DNA of 64,000 nucleotides from Ranitomeya imitator. Lineage: Eukaryota. The notes below the pieces were generated by a model, which saw only the letters and a list, made by a program, of their open reading frames with translations, had not been told where the DNA came from and made no database searches. The translations under genes and the position numbers were made by a program. Shown here one piece after another: positions 21,801 through 34,639 of the stretch. Location of the stretch: assembly GCF_032444005.1 (NCBI RefSeq), contig NC_091290.1, forward strand, positions 36,332,001 to 36,396,000, read 5' to 3'. The stretch's first letter is position 1. The number at the start of each line of letters is the position of its first letter.

Positions 21801-24800
21801 ATGCAAACGTAAAAACAAAAAGCACAGATAATGACGCCCCTGCCTGTAAGAGCTTACAGTCTACAATGAGGTGGGGGAGACCATCTTGAGGGAATGGGGA
21901 TAAATAAAGGCTGCATTCGTTTGACACCAGCCAGTACGTGTGGTTATTTTGGGTGCAGTGGAATTTGATGGATCGTGATAGGCCGCTCTAAACAGATGTG
22001 TTTTTAGGGAGCGCCAAAAACTGTATAAGTTGCGGTTAGTCCTGATTTCTTGGGGTAGAGCATTCCAAGGGATTGGTGCAACTTGTAAGAATTCTTGGAG
22101 CTGGAAGTGGGAGGTACGGATTAGTGCAGAGGTTAGTCGAAAGTAATTTGCAGAGTGCAGCGGTTAGGCTGATAGACCGATATGAGGGAGGAGATGTAAG
22201 GAGTGCTGCACTGTGGAGAGCTTTGGGGGTGAGAACAAGTACTTTGAATTGGATTCTATAATGAATGGGCAGCCAGTGTAAGAGCAGATGGGTCTGGATC
22301 CCGATTAGCTAGATGGACAACCCTGGCTGCTGCATTAAGGATAGACTGGAGAGGAGAAAGTCGAGTAATGGGGAGGCCAATTAATAGAGCGTTACAGTAG
22401 TCCAGGCGGGAGTGGATTAGGGCGACAGTGAGGGTTTTTGTTTCCATGGTGAGAAAATGGCGCATTCTAGAGATGTTCTTTCGGTGACAAGAGATTGTAT
22501 ATGGGATGTGAAGGAGAGATTGGAGTCAAACATAGCACCCAGACAGCGTGCCGGGGTGTTATTATGGTGCCACCCACGGAGAGGGAAACGTCAGGTTTAG
22601 GGAGGTTAGTAGATGGCGGGAGCAGAAGACGTTCAGTTTTGGAGAGGTTGAGTTTCAGATAGAGAGCGGACATGATTTTGGAGACTGCAGACAGTCACTG
22701 GCGTTCTGTAGTACAGCGGGGGTAAGGTCAGGGGATGACTTATATAGTTGTGTTTCATCAGCATAAAGATGGTACTGAAAGCCAAATCTGCTGATGGTCT
22801 GTCCAATTGGGGCCGTGCAGAGACAGGAGAGAAGCGGGCCAAGGACTGACTCCTCAGGTACCCCAATAGTGAGACAGAGGGGAAGTGGAGCCAGAGAACA
22901 GAACACCAGGAGAGAGCAGTGACCTTAGTGCCAAGTGACTGGAGCCTAGAGAGTAGGAGAGGGTGGCCAACAGTGTCGAAAGCTGCAGAAAGGTCGAGAA
23001 GAATGAGCAGAGAGTGGTCACCGTTACATTTTGCTGTCAGAAGGTCATTGGTCACTTTGAGTGCAGTTTCTGTAGAATGTAGGGGGGATATATGTAGTTT
23101 GTATTGTGAAATCTCTTGACAATTCGGCCTTCAGAATTCATGGACACAGTCCACCTGGTCCTTGGGTCTAGCTCACATTCTATGTAACTTAGCTTGAACT
23201 ATACAGTCAAGGCCGAAAGTGTTGGCACCCTTGAAATTGTTCCAGAAAACAGTGTTTCTCTCAAAACTTATTACAATTATGTACACATTTTTTGTTATAC
23301 ACACGTTTTATTTCCTTTGTGTGTATTGGAACAACACAACAAACAGTGAAAAAAAAAAAAGCAAATTGGACAGAATTTTGCACAAAATCCCCAAAATGAG
23401 CCGGACAAAATTGTTGGCATCTTCAACTTAATATTTGGTTGCACACCCTCTGAAATAAATAACTGCGATCAATCGCTTCCTATAACCATCAGCAATCTTC
23501 TTACACTTCTCACCTGGAATTTTGGACCATTCTTCGTTTGCAAACTGCTCCAGGTCTCTCATATCTGAAGGCTTCTTCTCCCAACAGCAATTTTAGGATC
23601 TCTCCACAGGTGTTCAATGGGATTTAGATCCGGACTCATTGCTGCCACTTCAGAATTCTCCAGTGCTTTGTTGCCATCCATTTCTGGTGCTTCTTGAAGC
23701 ATGTTTGGTGTCATTGTCCTGCTGGAAGACCCATGACCTTGGACGCAAACCCAGCTTTCTGACGCTGGACACTACATTGCAACCCAAAATTCTTGGGTAA
23801 TCTTGAGATTTCGTGATGTCTTGCACACAGTCAAAGTTACCCAGTGCCAAAGGCACCAAAACATCTTTAAACTTCCACCATATTTGTAGGTACTGTGTTC
23901 TTTATTTTTTTTTTTTATAGGCCTCATTCCATTTTCTGTAAACAGTACAATCATGTGCCTTATCAGTAAGCTCCATCGTGGTCTCATCTGTCCACAAGAT
24001 GCTTTTCCCAGGAGGATTTTGGCTTACATACTTTTCGGCAAACTGCAGTCTTATCTTTTTTATGTCCCTGTGTTAGCAGTGGGGTCCTCCTGGGCAGGGT
24101 ATGGAGTCGGTAAGCTAAACCTCCGACTCCTCAGTTTTCCTGACTCCATCACTCCGACTCCACAGGCCTGCCTCACTACTGAGCATGTGCAGAAAGTGCA
24201 GCACAGATTCATCTTAACTAAAAGCCGAGATCTTTAGATCAGGAATAGAACAGACATTTATAGGACATTTCTTAAGTTTCCAAATTTCTTATGAAAACAT
24301 TTACAGCACATCCTGCACTGAACTACTATACTCAATTTATTATATATTTTAGGAGTTGGTTCGTATTATATTGAATCCACCAAAATGGCCACGACTAACT
24401 CTACAGCTTTGCTCCTGGGTCTTCTTCCATAGCATTTTGTTTCTTTCAAATGTTGGTGGATAGCTCGCCCTGACACTGATGCACCCTGAGCCTGCAGGAC
24501 AGCTTGAATTTCTTTGGACCTTGATTGGGGCGACCTATCCATCATCAGGACTATCCTGCGTTGCAACCTTTCATCAATTTTTCTCTGCCGCCGACTTCCA
24601 AGGAGATTAGCTCCAGTGCCATGGGTGGTAAACTTCTTGACTATGTTGTGCACCTTGAACACCAAGATCCCTGGACATGGACTTGTAACCTTGAGATTGT
24701 TGATTTATTTCTTCAAGAATTTTAGTTCTCAAGTCCTCAGACAGTTCTCCTTTCCTTTTTCTGTTCTCCATGCTTAGTGTGGCACACACAGACACACAAT

Positions 24801-27800
24801 GAACAGACTGAGACAACTTTTTATCTGGTTTCAGGTGTGATTTTCATATTGCCCACACCTGTTACTTGCCACAGGTGAGTTTGAACGAGCATCACATGCT
24901 TGAAACAAAGTTGTTTGCCAACAATTTTGTCCTGTCTATTTTGGGGGTTTGGTGTGAAATTGTGTCCAAGTTGCCCTTTTCCTGTTTTTTTTTTTCTATT
25001 GTTACGTCTGTATTATAAAATGTGTGTAATTTCAATAATGTTCTGGGAGAAATACTTAATTTTTTAGGAACAATTTCAAGGGTGCCAACACTTTCGGCCA
25101 TGACTGTAACTACATTCAGCCAGTAATGTTTGATGATATATATATATATATATACTGGCACCACCTACATAACTGACTCTTGTGCATATACAGAGCTGTA
25201 GAACCCAATTTGGGTATGTTCACACAGGGCATGTTTAATTTTTTTCTGCATGAAAAATGCAGTGCGTGCGTTTTTCCAACATGGCAGCCATGGGGGTCTT
25301 CAGCAGGTAGACATGCAAGTGTGCTCGAGCACCAGCCCTCCTCAACAGTCACATAAAACTCACCTGTGTAGACATTAATGTTTGCCAGGTTTGATCTGTC
25401 ATAACTATGTCTTATTCCTGTTCTTTCCTGCACAATTTCTATGGAGCGATGCCCCTTTTTGTACTGAGCAGCGCCCCTTTTCTACGGAGCAGCGCCTTTT
25501 CTCCGGAACAGTGCCCCTTTTCTATGGAGCAGCGCCTCTTTTCTACGTAACAGCGCCCCTTTTCTACGGAGCGGTGCTCCTTTTCTACGGAGCAGGACCT
25601 TATTTCATCTTTCCCTCTTGCAGCACTAGATGGCGCCGTACTAGGATGCATTCTAGAATACCTAGCCTCCGCTCTGTATTATTTGTTCTGAATGACTTAA
25701 TGTTTTCTCTGCTTTGATTTTAGGCCGAGGAGGTGAAGCTGAATTCTGTGGACTTTAACCGCGAGTTTGTGACTCGTATGATTCCTAAGCTGGAATGGGA
25801 GGCCCTGGTGCAGTCCGCAGAGAGCGTGAGAATCCTTAATTCACTCCAGCATCTGTGTATAAATAAAAATGTAGCATCGCTCGTCACATTTAATCATTTT
25901 TTAACCTTTTTTTTGTGCTACTTTTATTTCTTCGGTTATAATAATATAGAATAGACTGCACCTGGTCTTTCTTCATACTCTCACTTCCAAACGATACCTC
26001 CAATATTCACTATAAAAAAAAAACCCCCCACAAAAACAGTGACCCTGCAATAAGTGTTCATGGATTTCAAGCAGCAATATTTAGGATACGGCTACATCGA
26101 GACTGTGGCTGTGATACAGGGGACGTGTCCAAAAATCATTATGTATAGCTGCGTCAAAAATTCCATATACCGTATATACAGTACAGACCAAAAGTTTGGA
26201 CACACCTTCTCATTTAAAGATTTTTCTGTATTTTCATGACTATGAAAATTGTACATTCACACTGAAGGCATCAAAACTATAAATTAACACATGTGGAATT
26301 ATATACATAACAAAAAAGTGTGAAACAACTGAAATTATGTCTTATATTCTAGGTTCTTCAAAGTAGCCACCTTTTGCTTTGATTACTGCTTTGCACACTC
26401 TTGGCATTCTCTTGATGAGCTTCAATAGGTAGTCACTGGGAATGGTCTTCCAACAATCTTGAAGGAGTTCCCAGAGATGCTTAGCACTTGTTGGCCCTTT
26501 TGCCTTCACTCTGCGGTCCAGCTCACCCCAAAACCATCTCGATTGGGTTCAGGTCTGGTGACTGTGGAGGCCAGGTCATCTGGCGTAGCACCCCATCACT
26601 CTCCTTCTTGGTCAAATAGCCCTTACACAGCCTGGAGGTGTGTTTGGGGTCATTGTCCTGTTGAAAAAGAAATGATGGTCCAACTAAACACAAACCTGAT
26701 GGAATAGCATGCCGCTGCAAGATGCTGTGGTAGCCATGCTGGTTCAGTATGCCTTCAATTTTGAATAAATCCCCAACAGTGTCACCAGCAAAGCACCCCC
26801 CCACACCATCACACCTCCTCCTCCATGCTTCACGGTGGGAACCAGGCATGTAGAGTCCATCCGTTCACCTTTTCTGCATCGCACAAAGACACGGTGGTTG
26901 GAACCAAAGATGTCAAATTTGGACACATCAGACCAAAGCACAGATTTCCACTGGTCTAATGTCCATTCCTTGTGTTCTTTAGCCCAAACAAGGCTCTTCT
27001 GCTTGTTGCCTGTCCTTACCAGTGGTTTCCTAGCAGCTATTTTACCATGAAGGCCTGCTGCACAAAGTCTCCTCTTAACAGTTGTTGTAGAGATGTGTCT
27101 GCTGCTAGACCTCTGTGTGGCATTGACCTGGTCTCTAATCTGAGCTGCTGTTAACCTGCGATTTCTGAGGCTGGAGACTCGGATAAACTTATCCTCAGAA
27201 GCAGAGGTGACTCTTGGTCTTGCTTTCCTTGGGCGGTCCTCGTGAGCCAGTTTCATTGTAGCGCTTGATGGTTTTTGCAACTGCACTTGGGGACACTTTC
27301 AAAGTTTTCCCAATTTTTCGGACTGACTGACTTTCATTTCTTAAAGTAATGATGGCCACTCATTTTTCTTTACTTAGAATTTGTATTATGGCAAGAAAAA
27401 AGCAGCTAACAGCCTATTCAGTAGGACTATCAGCTGTGTATCCACCGGACTTCTGTACAACACAGCTGATGGTCCCAACCCTATTTATAATGCAAGAAAT
27501 CCCACTTATTAAACCTGACAGGGCACACCTGTGAAGTGAAAACCATTCCCGGTGACTACCTCTTGAAGCTCGTCAAGAGAATGCCAAGAGTGTGCAAAGC
27601 AGTCATCAAAGCAAAAGGTGGCTACTTTGAAGAACCTAGAATATACGACATATTTTCAGTTGTTTCACACTTTTTTGTTAAGTATATAATTCCACATGTG
27701 TTAATTCATAGTTTTGATGCCTTCAGTGTGAATGTACAATTTTCATAGTCATGAAAATACAGAAAAATCTTTAAATGAGGTGTGTCCAAACTTTTGGTCT

Positions 27801-28873
27801 GTACTGTATATCATGCAATATATAATATGTTTCTATGTTTTCCTCCCCTTCTCCCAAGAGCAATGACTTTTATATTTCTATCAACATAGCCGTATTGGGG
27901 GCTGATTTTTTTATTTTTTTTGCAGTATGATTTGTAGCTTGTAATTACCTCATTCACGTTACATATAATGTACTGAAGAACAGTTAAAAAAAATTTAAAG
28001 TAAGGTGTAATAGTGAAGAGAATAAAAAAAAAACTATTTTACTATTCTTTTTTGGTTTTGGTATCTATTTTGCAGTACCCATGACCTGGCAATACGATTC
28101 TTCAGGACAATACAAGTCCAGTTATACCAAACTTCTATATAATTTTTTTTTTATATCTTAGTACTTAAAGAAAGTAAAAGTTTGGTGACAAACCCAATTT
28201 TTGTTCTGTATATTTTTTTTTTTAGATGTGTAATTTTTTTTGTGTCTGTGTGCTAACAAACCTTCTTTTTCCCAGACTATTTTGGATGCGTATGACCATT
28301 GTTCAAGGCCATGTTCACACTTTCAGTATTTTACATCAGTATTTATAAGCCAAACCAGTGGGTGATAAATACAGAAGTGGTGACATGTTTCTATTATACT
28401 TTCCCTCTGATTGTTCCACTCCTGGTTTTGGCTTATAAATACTGATGGAAAATACTGAACGTGTGACCGTAGCCTTAGAGGCAGGTCCTGGCTGTATAGC
28501 ACAGCTGGCGCTCGCTGTGTATGGAGAAGGCTCAGCGCCGTGCACCCGACATGTCGGGAAGGGGCAGTGACACTAATTTGCTCTCGTTGCAGCTGGGGCA
28601 TGGCTCAGACCTTCCAAGAGAACTTGTATCTGGATATGAGAATGATGAGGAGTTCTTGAAGAAAGTTCACCATGTATTGCTGGAGGTAAGACCCCAAGAT
28701 ACAAGGAGGGCGGGGGGTGGACGTCCACCATGTTATACTAGTGCACTCCTCTTCTTATTTATCTCTGCCAGGTTGAAGTTACTGAAGGTGCCTTGAAATG
28801 TCCTGAGTCCGGCACAGAATTTCCCATCAATAGAGGAATTCCTAACATGCTCATTAATGAGGAGGAGTCCTAA
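18760..28873 (+). CDS. TRMT112: tRNA methyltransferase activator subunit 11-2, complete, 123 aa. Exons: 18760-18834, 25724-25825, 28593-28685, 28772-28873.
   Basis: [25 protein letters not shown]|[34 protein letters not shown]|[31 protein letters not shown]|[33 protein letters not shown]. All introns are GT-AG, phase 0. Candidate ATTAAA at 28936-28941. Confidence 0.97.
19484..19784. mobile_element. T2/Kolobok-type MITE, same family as 14043-14355
   Basis: TTAA|AGAGGTTGTCCAGG ... CCTGGAAAACCCCT|TTAG. Shares the internal TTCCGACTAGACGTGTC with the other copy. Confidence 0.7.
20401..21698 (-). mobile_element. Full-length mariner transposon, 1298 bp, DD34D, irritans-like
   Basis: TA flanks at 20399-20400 and 21699-21700. 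~27-bp TIR C(A/G)AGGGGCGATCCAAAAGTAATGATAA. Confidence 0.95.
20466..21516 (-). pseudogene. Mariner transposase broken by a single +1 frameshift (349 aa if repaired)
   Basis: ATG at 21516 ([13 protein letters not shown]). Motifs WVPKML, TMDKTW, HQDNAP and [10 protein letters not shown], with 34 residues between D2 and D3. The frame switch is in an A8 run at 21052-21059. Confidence 0.9.
21780..23115 (-). mobile_element. Degenerate 3' fragment of an L2-clade LINE
   Basis: Frameshifted RT pieces [30 protein letters not shown] and [13 protein letters not shown]. Boundaries are approximate. Confidence 0.85.
23204..25106 (-). mobile_element. Full-length degenerate Tc1-like transposon
   Basis: TA flanks. 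TIR CAGTCA(A/T)GGCCGAAAGTGTTGGCACCCTTGAAATTGTTCC. Broken transposase fragments include [13 protein letters not shown] and [10 protein letters not shown]. Confidence 0.9.
24095..24411. mobile_element. hAT-type non-autonomous element nested in the Tc1 element
   Basis: 8-bp TSD CTCCTGGG at 24087-24094 and 24412-24419. Left end CAGGGTATGGAGTCGG belongs to the same family as 9428-9507. Confidence 0.7.
25623..25636 (+). promoter_or_regulatory. Candidate CTCF site
   Basis: GCACTAGATGGCGC matches CCASYAGRKGGCRS at 13/14 positions. Motif match only. Confidence 0.35.
25724..25825 (+). CDS. TRMT112: TRMT112 coding exon 2
   Basis: Acceptor ttttAG, donor GTGAGA. Encodes [34 protein letters not shown]. 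Confidence 0.95.
26179..27806 (-). mobile_element. Tc1-like transposon with DD38E spacing (Intruder-type), 1628 bp, with ~265-bp TIRs; inactive copy
   Basis: TA flanks. TIRs at 26179-26446 and 27542-27806, starting CAGTACAGACCAAAAGTTTGGACACA. The stretch QQD-NDPKH...SPDLNPI-E has 38 residues between D and E. Carries frameshifts and an early TGA. Confidence 0.92.
28307..28474. mobile_element. Harbinger-type palindromic MITE
   Basis: GGCCATGTTCACAC ... GTGTGACCGTAGCC|TTA. A second copy of the family is at 62272-62486. Confidence 0.7.
28593..28685 (+). CDS. TRMT112: TRMT112 coding exon 3
   Basis: Acceptor ttgcAG, donor GTAAGA. Encodes [31 protein letters not shown]. Confidence 0.95.
28772..28873 (+). 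CDS. TRMT112: TRMT112 coding exon 4 (to stop)
   Basis: Follows an 86-nt intron. Encodes [33 protein letters not shown], then TAA. Confidence 0.96.
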   Translation, partial: VEVTEGALKCPESGTEFPINRGIPNMLINEEES

Positions 28874-31800
28874 GGAGCCGTCCTGTTCCCCGGCCTGTAA
28901 ATATCATCCCGCCACCCTTTGTTCTGTCCGTTCTTATTAAACGCTGTTACCTGTTGGACATCTTGCGTCTTTTCTGAGAAGCCCCTTGCAATTGTCTTGA
29001 GTATGGACTGCGAGACACGGATTGTCTGGGGGGTTTCCTTGACGGCCTCATACATGCCTACGAGACCCCCGGCCGGTCTGGGCATTGTGGTTCGTACTTA
29101 GACTGTGATTCACAGATGTTTGAACCAGGCTTACATTGTATACCCAAATAATCAGCACAAAACATGAAATCTCCCTGATGTTTATTGCAGTTCAGGCCCA
29201 TGAGAGCCTTAATAATATACAACGGTCTGTATATAAGCCATGAGGTATATTACATATGCACATTATTCTATAGGCTATGTACAGTAGATCACCCACCAGT
29301 ACTAGGGTAACCAACCAAAATACGGAGGTGCGATAACAAGGAGGATAGAGGACATCGAGACAAAAATACCAGTAGTAAGAATACTAGAAGCGCAGGAAAG
29401 CAGAATGTAGTGTAGCTGCAAGGGACGGCAATACAACACTAGACCAAAAGACCAGGTCCCCTCCGATACTGCAGGGTGTCGGTACCTCGCCGGCATATAT
29501 TGTTTTCAAGCTGTGGATAAACTTTCCCTTACATGGTAAAAGTCAGGATTTATGCATCAAGATGTGAGAACTGCCCAATATGTTCCCCAAGCAGGGGGCC
29601 GTGTGGGTACCCTAGTATCAGACATAAGAGATAGCTCATCACTTGTCTGCATAGATCACTTCTATATTGAATAATGCGGTAATTTAATATCAGCGGAAAG
29701 TTCATTGAGCACATCGACTAATACTGGTGCAGTCTGGAGAGGAGTAGCTAGTAAAAGTAAGGTGGCCAAACCAAAAGTGCATGCAAGGGGAAATGGGTGA
29801 TCATTTGGTTAATGAACCGTTTCGATCCTTACTGCTTTACTCTTTGCTTTTCATACATCTGATCTGAAGATTTAACACTGTGAATATAATCGAGAAAACG
29901 TTCCACAAAAAAAACACAGACCTCTATTCATTAGTCTGACTTTTGCTTTTTTTCCCCCCAAAAGATCAGAAGCCATTGCACCTTTCTCCACACTCGAGAG
30001 CTCATTCTTACTATTGGGCCAAGTTTATATATCGAGGGTCTTAAATGCTATTATTAAGGGTTCATGCAGATGGCAGTTTCTCTCGTGCAGGTGCCATTTG
30101 TGTTTTTCATGGATAGCATTAGTCTATGGGCTGGTTCACATGTCAGATATTTTAATTTTTTTCCCCCCTTTGGACAAAGCGGTTTGCACAAAAACACAGA
30201 AACTTGTCCAATAATAATTTGAGCACCAGATCCAGGTTGCCGATGCAAGTCTATGGATCTGTGAAAAATCGGAATGCGTCGGCATCGGATGCCACCTGTG
30301 CGCTGTCCGTTTTCCACAGACTGGTAGAAGCTGGAGAAACATCAGGGTTTTATTTAGAGTTGATCACAAGCTTTTGTGAATCACTAATGTCTTTTCATGC
30401 ACCCACTTTCTCTTGTAGGGTTTTTGACACTTGTGTGGCCTGGCAGAAGTGAGCAATGAACAGATCGTAAATGTGAAGAACGTGACCATGCCTGCGTACA
30501 TTTACCTATTTATATTACGGCACCTATTGCTCTGCGCTAAATGATGCATACCGCCATATATATGGTCCGAGTTTGGTTTCCATATTTTTTTTGCCATAAA
30601 TGCCAATTCACCTGTGAAACGGACAGGTTTGCTCAGGATACACTGTCTACCAACCATTTTTTCCTAACAGGATTTGTCAGTCTGTGCCAGATTACTCGGG
30701 GACTTCAGTTAAGGTAAAGTTATCACTGAGTTGAACTGAGGGCAGAGGAGTAAATAGGCTTGGTGAGACTTAATGGGATTTTCGGCGTTAATTTTATATG
30801 CATGCGGAGGGGCGATATTGGCCGCGGCAGGGTGCTGCACTGGCGTCCTTCTTTCTCAATCAGGAAGAAAGACATGATAATAATTCTCTGCAGCATTAAC
30901 GATGCATGCTTCCGTTTGCAATGCCCGATAAAAGGACTGTCCTGCAATTATTACTTATGGGAGTCCAAACCCTCCCTGGCCTAATGGCATTATAGCTTTA
31001 CCATTAGGAAAATGTGGCTGCAGCTCATGTACATAGTCTCCACATATGATAATCACAGTAGTGGCTCTAGCCGGGACTTGCAAAAAAAAAGTATAAAGGG
31101 AAGTCAAGACTTGTATGTTATCCATGATTTGGATCAATTCCTGGTTTTGGCTCAACATGCCTGTAGATGAAGTTGCATGACTGACTGTGGTCTGCGGCCA
31201 TAGACTTGTAGTCCGGATGGACATCCCATAAATACGACGACAGCTTTCTGCCGCTGAGCTCTGTTGTTTGCAATGTTATAGCAAGGAAAAATTAGAGGAA
31301 TAGTCTTAACTCCTAAACAAAAGGAGAATGAATAATGGGACAAACGTACCATTGATGCAACCTGTGCAGCCGTAAGGGCCACTTCTTCTACCTCCAAAGC
31401 AGGTGATATTGTGCATTATAATAGGAGACTGCAAATGGCTCACATGCTGTTCTTGTACAGGGGTCTCTTCCGTCTGTGTCCACTCCTGCTTAAAATCTCT
31501 TGTAAATCATGTCTTTCTCTAGGAAATATATTGTATAAATATTAGTTTTTTGCAGCTAACCTGATCCTTCCTGATAACTTGCTGTAAATCGGAGCAAATA
31601 TTCCACCCAATTTCCAGGTTAAGAGACCAGAGCAGTTAATATGACTGTCAGGGTCCTGATCCGGTAACACTTGTTGCATGCAACGTTGCTGTACTGCTAG
31701 AACTCATCCTACATGGTGGATTAAAGAAGAGTGTCCCGTATTTTGCGTCCGGATTGCCAGTAATGATAATGTAATGTCCTAACATGTCAGTGATATTCAA

Positions 31801-32201
31801 TGGTGGTTTGTTCTTAGATGGGGGCCTAACGACACATCCAGCGCTATCTCTATTCTTTCCATTCATTTGAAGAAGGAAGATTGACTGACTGCATGCCTTA
31901 GTAGGAGCACATGGATTGTTGTGATATAGCTGTCCGTGCATGGCGGTAAAATTGTGCAGAATGTTAATGTTGGAAAAAGTTGCATGCATTTCTGCATAAT
32001 TTATATTTTTTATATCTGTGCAAGACAAGGCTTTAGCCCTGGTAGGGAAACCTAGATGTTTGGATAAGGGCATGATAACTCATAAGCCAGTATTAATTTG
32101 TGACTCTAAGGGCTTACATAAGCCATACAAAAGAAGAATTTTACATCTAGAAGTGCAGAATGGTGTCTAGATCTCCAGGATCTAATAGGTAGCGTTACCA
32201 A

Positions 32202-34037
32202 GCCTGGGGGCCGGCAGGTAACGCTCGAGCAGTGTTGCCTGGGGGCCGGCAGGTAACGCTCGAGCAGTGTTGCCTGGGGGCCGGCAGGTAACGCTCGAGC
32301 AGTGTTGCCTGGGGGCCGGCAGGTAACCCTCTATCAGTGTTGCCTGGGGGCCGGCAGGTAACCCTCTATCAGTGTTGCCTGGGGGCCGGCAGGTAACCCT
32401 CTATCAGTGTTGCCTGGGGGCCGGCAGGTAACCCTCTATCAGTGTTGCCTGGGGGCCGGCAGGTAACCCTCTATCAGTGTTGCCTGGGGGCCGGCAGGTA
32501 ACCCTCTATCAGTGTTGCCTGGGGGCCGGCAGGTAACCCTCTATCAGTGTTGCCTGGGGGCCGGCAGGTAACCCTCTATCAGTGTTGCCTGGGGACGGCT
32601 GGTAACGCTCGAGCAGTGTTGCCTGGGGGCCGGCAGGTGACCCTCTATCAGTGTTGCCTGGGGGCCGGCAGGTAACCCTCTATCAGTGTTGCCTGGGGGC
32701 CGGCAGGTGACCCTCTATCAGTGTTGCCTGGGGGCCGGCAGGTAACGCTCGAGCAGTGTTGCCTGGGGACCGGCAGGTAACCTTCTATCAGTGTTGCCTG
32801 GGGACCGGCAGGTAACCCTCTATCAGTGTTGCCTGGGGACCGGCAGGTAACCCTCTATCAGTGTTGCCTGGGGACCGGCAGGTAACCCTCTATCAGTGTT
32901 GCCTGGGGGCCGGCAGGTAACCCTCGAGCAGTGTTGCCTGGGGGCCGGCAGGTAACCCTCGAGCAGTGTTGCCTGGGGACCGGCAGGTAATCCTTTATCA
33001 GTGTTGCCTGGGGACCGGCAGGTAACCCTCTATCAGTGTTGCCTGGGGACCGGCAGGTAACGCTCGAGCAGTGTTGCCTGGGGACCGGCAGGTAACCTTC
33101 TATCAGTGTTGCCTGGGGGCCGGCAGGTAACGCTCGAGCAGTGTTGCCTGGGGGCTGGCAGGTAACCCTCTATCAGTGTTGCCTGGGGGCCGGCAGGTAA
33201 CCCTCTATCAGTGTTGCCTGGGGGCCGGCAGGTAACCCTCTATCAGTGTTGCCTGGGGGCCGGCAGGTAACGCTCGAGCAGTGTTGCCTGGGGACCGGCA
33301 GGTAACCCTCTATCAGTGTTGCCTGGGGGCCGGCAGGTAACCCTCGAGCAGTGTTGCCTGGGGGCCGGCAGGCAACGCTCGAGCAGTGTTGCCTGGGGAC
33401 CGGCAGGTAACCCTTTATCAGTGTTGCCTGGGGACCGGCAGGTAACCCTCGAGCAGTGTTGCCTGGGGGCCGGCAGGTAACCCTCGAGCAGTGTTGCCTG
33501 GGGACCGGCAGGTAACCCTTTATCAGTGTTGCCTGGGGACCGGCAGTTAACCCTCTATCAGTGTTGCCTGGGGGCCGGCAGGTAACGCTCGAGCAGTGTT
33601 GCCTGGGGACCGGCAGTTAACCCTCTATCAGTGTTGCCTGGGGGCCGGCAGGTAACCCTCGAGCAGTGTTGCCTGGGGGCCGGCAGGTAACCCTCGAGCA
33701 GTGTTGCCTGGGGACCGGCAGGTAACCCTTTATCAGTGTTGCCTGGGGGCCGGCAGGTAACCCTCTATCAGTGTTGCCTGGGGGCCGACAGGTAACCCTC
33801 GAGCAGTGTTGCCTGGGGGCCAGCAGGTAACCCTCGAGCAGTGTTGCCTGGGGACCGGCAGGTAACCCTTTATCAGTGTTGCCTGGGGGCCGGCAGGTAA
33901 CCCTCGAGCAGTGTTGCCTGGGGACCGGCAGGTAACCCTCTATCAGTGTTGCCTGGGGGCCGGCAGGTAACCCTCGAGCAGTGTTGCCTGGGGACCGGCA
34001 GGTAACGCTCGAGCAGTGTTGCCTGGGGGCCGGCAGG
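32202..34037. repeat. Minisatellite, 35-bp unit, ~52 copies
   Basis: Unit GCCTGGGGRCCGGCAGGTAAC(C/G)CTC(TAT/GAG)CAGTGTT, starting at 32202 and 32237. Confidence 0.97.
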
Positions 34038-34639
34038 GTCCTTGCACATCAAATATGGAGTGGTGAGAGACATTCTTCTTTTGATTAGCCGGCCTGAGTC
34101 AATGTCTCACCAAAGAAGAGCCATTGATGCAGTCGGAGAAGGGACAGTTCTCGCTACTCCACACCTCACCAGGTCATGGGAATCTTTTCCTATCAACTGT
34201 AGATATTATATATTATCGGTATCAGTGTCAGACTGGGATGGCAGAGGCCCACCACTAACATTGATTCTTGGGGCCCACTGTTCAGCTACATGCAAACGTA
34301 CCCTAACCCTAGTACATAAATTTAGTTTTGCTTCTATGTAATATTAATTTGGCTAGCTTGTTTAATGAATTATTAGATTATACTTTTTTCTGCAAATTGT
34401 GAATGAAGTGTAACAGCACTACTCCTTAGCCATCCTTCACAGGGGCGTCCTACCGGAGGATTCTCCTGTGGGCCAGTCCGAGCCTGATCGAGGTTGAGGG
34501 GCAATATTCCTGCCCACTCCTTGTTCAGCTTTTATCATCTCTGGCGGCAGAGGGAAATACTTTAATTACTGGAGTGGAACAGCACAGCTCTGCACAACGG
34601 GTAGCAGCTGCTGCCACGAACTGCAGACCCGTTCCTATT

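Noticed and set aside
663-27806. All six coding TEs have their ORFs on the minus strand
   Set aside because: The sample is small, and they are sense to PRDX5 but antisense to TRMT112, so no single selective explanation fits.
31648-32073. 141-aa minus-strand ORF, and neighbouring short ORFs in the unique region 30400-32190
   Set aside because: No recognisable domain or exon structure. The IIICGDY string near 31040 only loosely recalls a LINE endonuclease motif. A translated database search would be needed.
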